Shown here: in pieces, positions 61,909 through 64,000 of the stretch
Position numbering within the stretch: position 1 is the stretch's first letter
Layout of the letters: every line of letters starts with the position of its first letter
NCBI RefSeq assembly: GCF_009914755.1
Contig: NC_060939.1
Length of the DNA stretch: 64,000 nt
Strand: one strand, 5' to 3'
From: the human T2T-CHM13v2.0 reference genome, Homo sapiens
Made by a program: the position numbers and the translations under genes
The notes under the pieces: model-generated
The model's input: only the letters and a program-made list of their open reading frames with translations
The model's database searches: none
Told to the model about the DNA's origin: nothing

Positions 61909-62936
61909 ATGTTCCAAAGACCTTTACAGATACATCACCAAAGAAGAAATACAGATGGTAAATAAGCATATGAAAAGATGCTCTACATCATATGTCATTA
62001 TGAAAATGCAGATTAAAACAACAATGAGCTATCTCTACACACCTACTAAAATGGCCAAAATCTTGAACACTGACAACACCAAATGTTGACAGGAATGTGA
62101 AATGACAGGAACTCTCATTTCTTGCTGGTGGGAATGCAAAATGGTACAGCCACTTTGGAGGACAATTTGGCTGTTTCTTAAAAAATGAAACATATTCTTA
62201 CTATACAGTCTAATTGGGCTTCTTGGTATTTACCCAAAGAAGCTGAAAACTTATGTCCACACAAAACCAGCACACGAATGTTCATACCAGCTTTATACAT
62301 AATTGCAAAAACGTGGAAGTAATCAAGATGTTCTTTAGTAGTGAATGGAAAAATAAACGGTGGCACATCCAGACAATGGAATATGATTCAGTGCTAGAAT
62401 AAATAAGCTGTCAAGCCATGAAAAGACATGGAGGAACCTTAAATGCATATTACTAAGTGAAAGAAGCCAATATAAAAAGGTTACATGCTGTTTGATTCCA
62501 ACTGTATGACATCCTGGAACAGGCAAAACAATGAAGACAATAAGATTAGTGGTTGCCTGCCAGGGGCTGGTGGGAGGATATGGGAGGAATGAATGGGCAG
62601 AACACAGAGGATTTTTAAGGCAGCGAAAATACTCTGTATGATGCTATAATGATGGATACATGTCTTTATACATTTGTCCAAACCCATAGAATGTACAACA
62701 GCAAGAGTGAACCCTAGTAAACTATGAATTTTGGGTGATCATGATGTGTCCATGTAAGTTCAACAGTTATAATAAAGATACCACGTTAGTGGGGAATGTT
62801 TGTTGATAATGGGGGAGGCTATGCATGTGTGGGTGTAGGGGGTATATGGGAAATCTCTGTCTTCTGTAGATTTTGCTATGAACCTAAAACTGCTCTTAAA
62901 AAATAAAATATATGTATATATATATATTTTTTTTGA

Positions 62937-63276
<340 letters not shown>

Positions 63277-64000
63277 TAAAATCTTTTGAAAAAAGTCAGC
63301 GTCAGTGAAAAAATAAATGAATAAATTCTACAAAAAAAAAAAAAAAAAAAAAAAGAAAAGAAAGAGAAATGTGTGGAGGGGAGAAACCTAGGGTAAGGAA
63401 AGCCTATCAGTGTAGGGTGCTTTCTGCTGCAAGTGGTAGTGAACTGTAAGTGTAGATTGTTTCATATAGTCTAACCTCCCCACGTTCTTAGGGATGCCCT
63501 GAAAAAGCACTGAGTGAGAGACCGAGCAGCTTGAATATTGGCCTTGACTCATTACTTTCCTCACCTTTCCAAATCCCATTTCCCCATCCGAAGACAGAAG
63601 GGTATAGCCTAACTTCCGTAAGGTATAACCAGGTTCTAAAAGTCCAGAAATCAATACAGGCTGAGATGAAAATTTGTAGAATGTTGCAGAGGGACTTAGG
63701 AGAAATTTTGTATTTAGGGCCGATGGATAACCTAGGCCTCTTGTGGGTGGGTAAGGGTTCATCCAGAAGTGGGAGAAACTAGTTCCTTACTTTGCAATTA
63801 AGTTCAAAGCCTCAAATTGACCTTGGCTTTTTGCAATAGGCTAAAGGAAGTTATCTCCATAGTGTTCAATGACTATTTGTCTCCTGCCCTCTTCCTAAGG
63901 CGAATCCTTCCTTCCATGTGGAAGACCACCCCACACAGAGAAAACAGTGATGCACTTCTGATTTACAAATGCAAACACAGGCCTACTTCAAGACTTCCTT

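Overview
Human-type, transposon-dense genomic DNA with no intact conventional protein-coding gene; the AluYa5 at about 59.1-59.4 kb indicates the human lineage. Most of the window is nested mobile elements: about 25 Alu/FAM copies, a full-length THE1 MaLR provirus, many solo LTRs, Tigger1/MER82/MER1B/MER53 DNA elements, a 7SL retrocopy, and a near-full-length ancient L1MC (47.4-62.9 kb) that hosts later insertions. Four highlights. (1) A full-length CD24 processed pseudogene (58764-61523, 14-bp TSD) keeps an open frame; an AluYa5 replaced its C-terminal GPI tail with poly-Phe. (2) Its 3'UTR holds a TSD-flanked, polyadenylated 248-bp orphan insert. (3) A composite L1PA of two subfamilies sits within one TSD. 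(4) In the unique DNA between repeats (about 26-42 kb, + strand) a chain of splice-site-bounded, mostly phase-compatible blocks looks like a long-dead multi-exon gene whose N-terminal part resembles the CXorf38/DUF4559 HEPN-like domain. Item 4 is an inference from manual reading and needs a comparative check. Repeat subfamily names come from remembered consensus sequences. Boundaries without a stated TSD are approximate.
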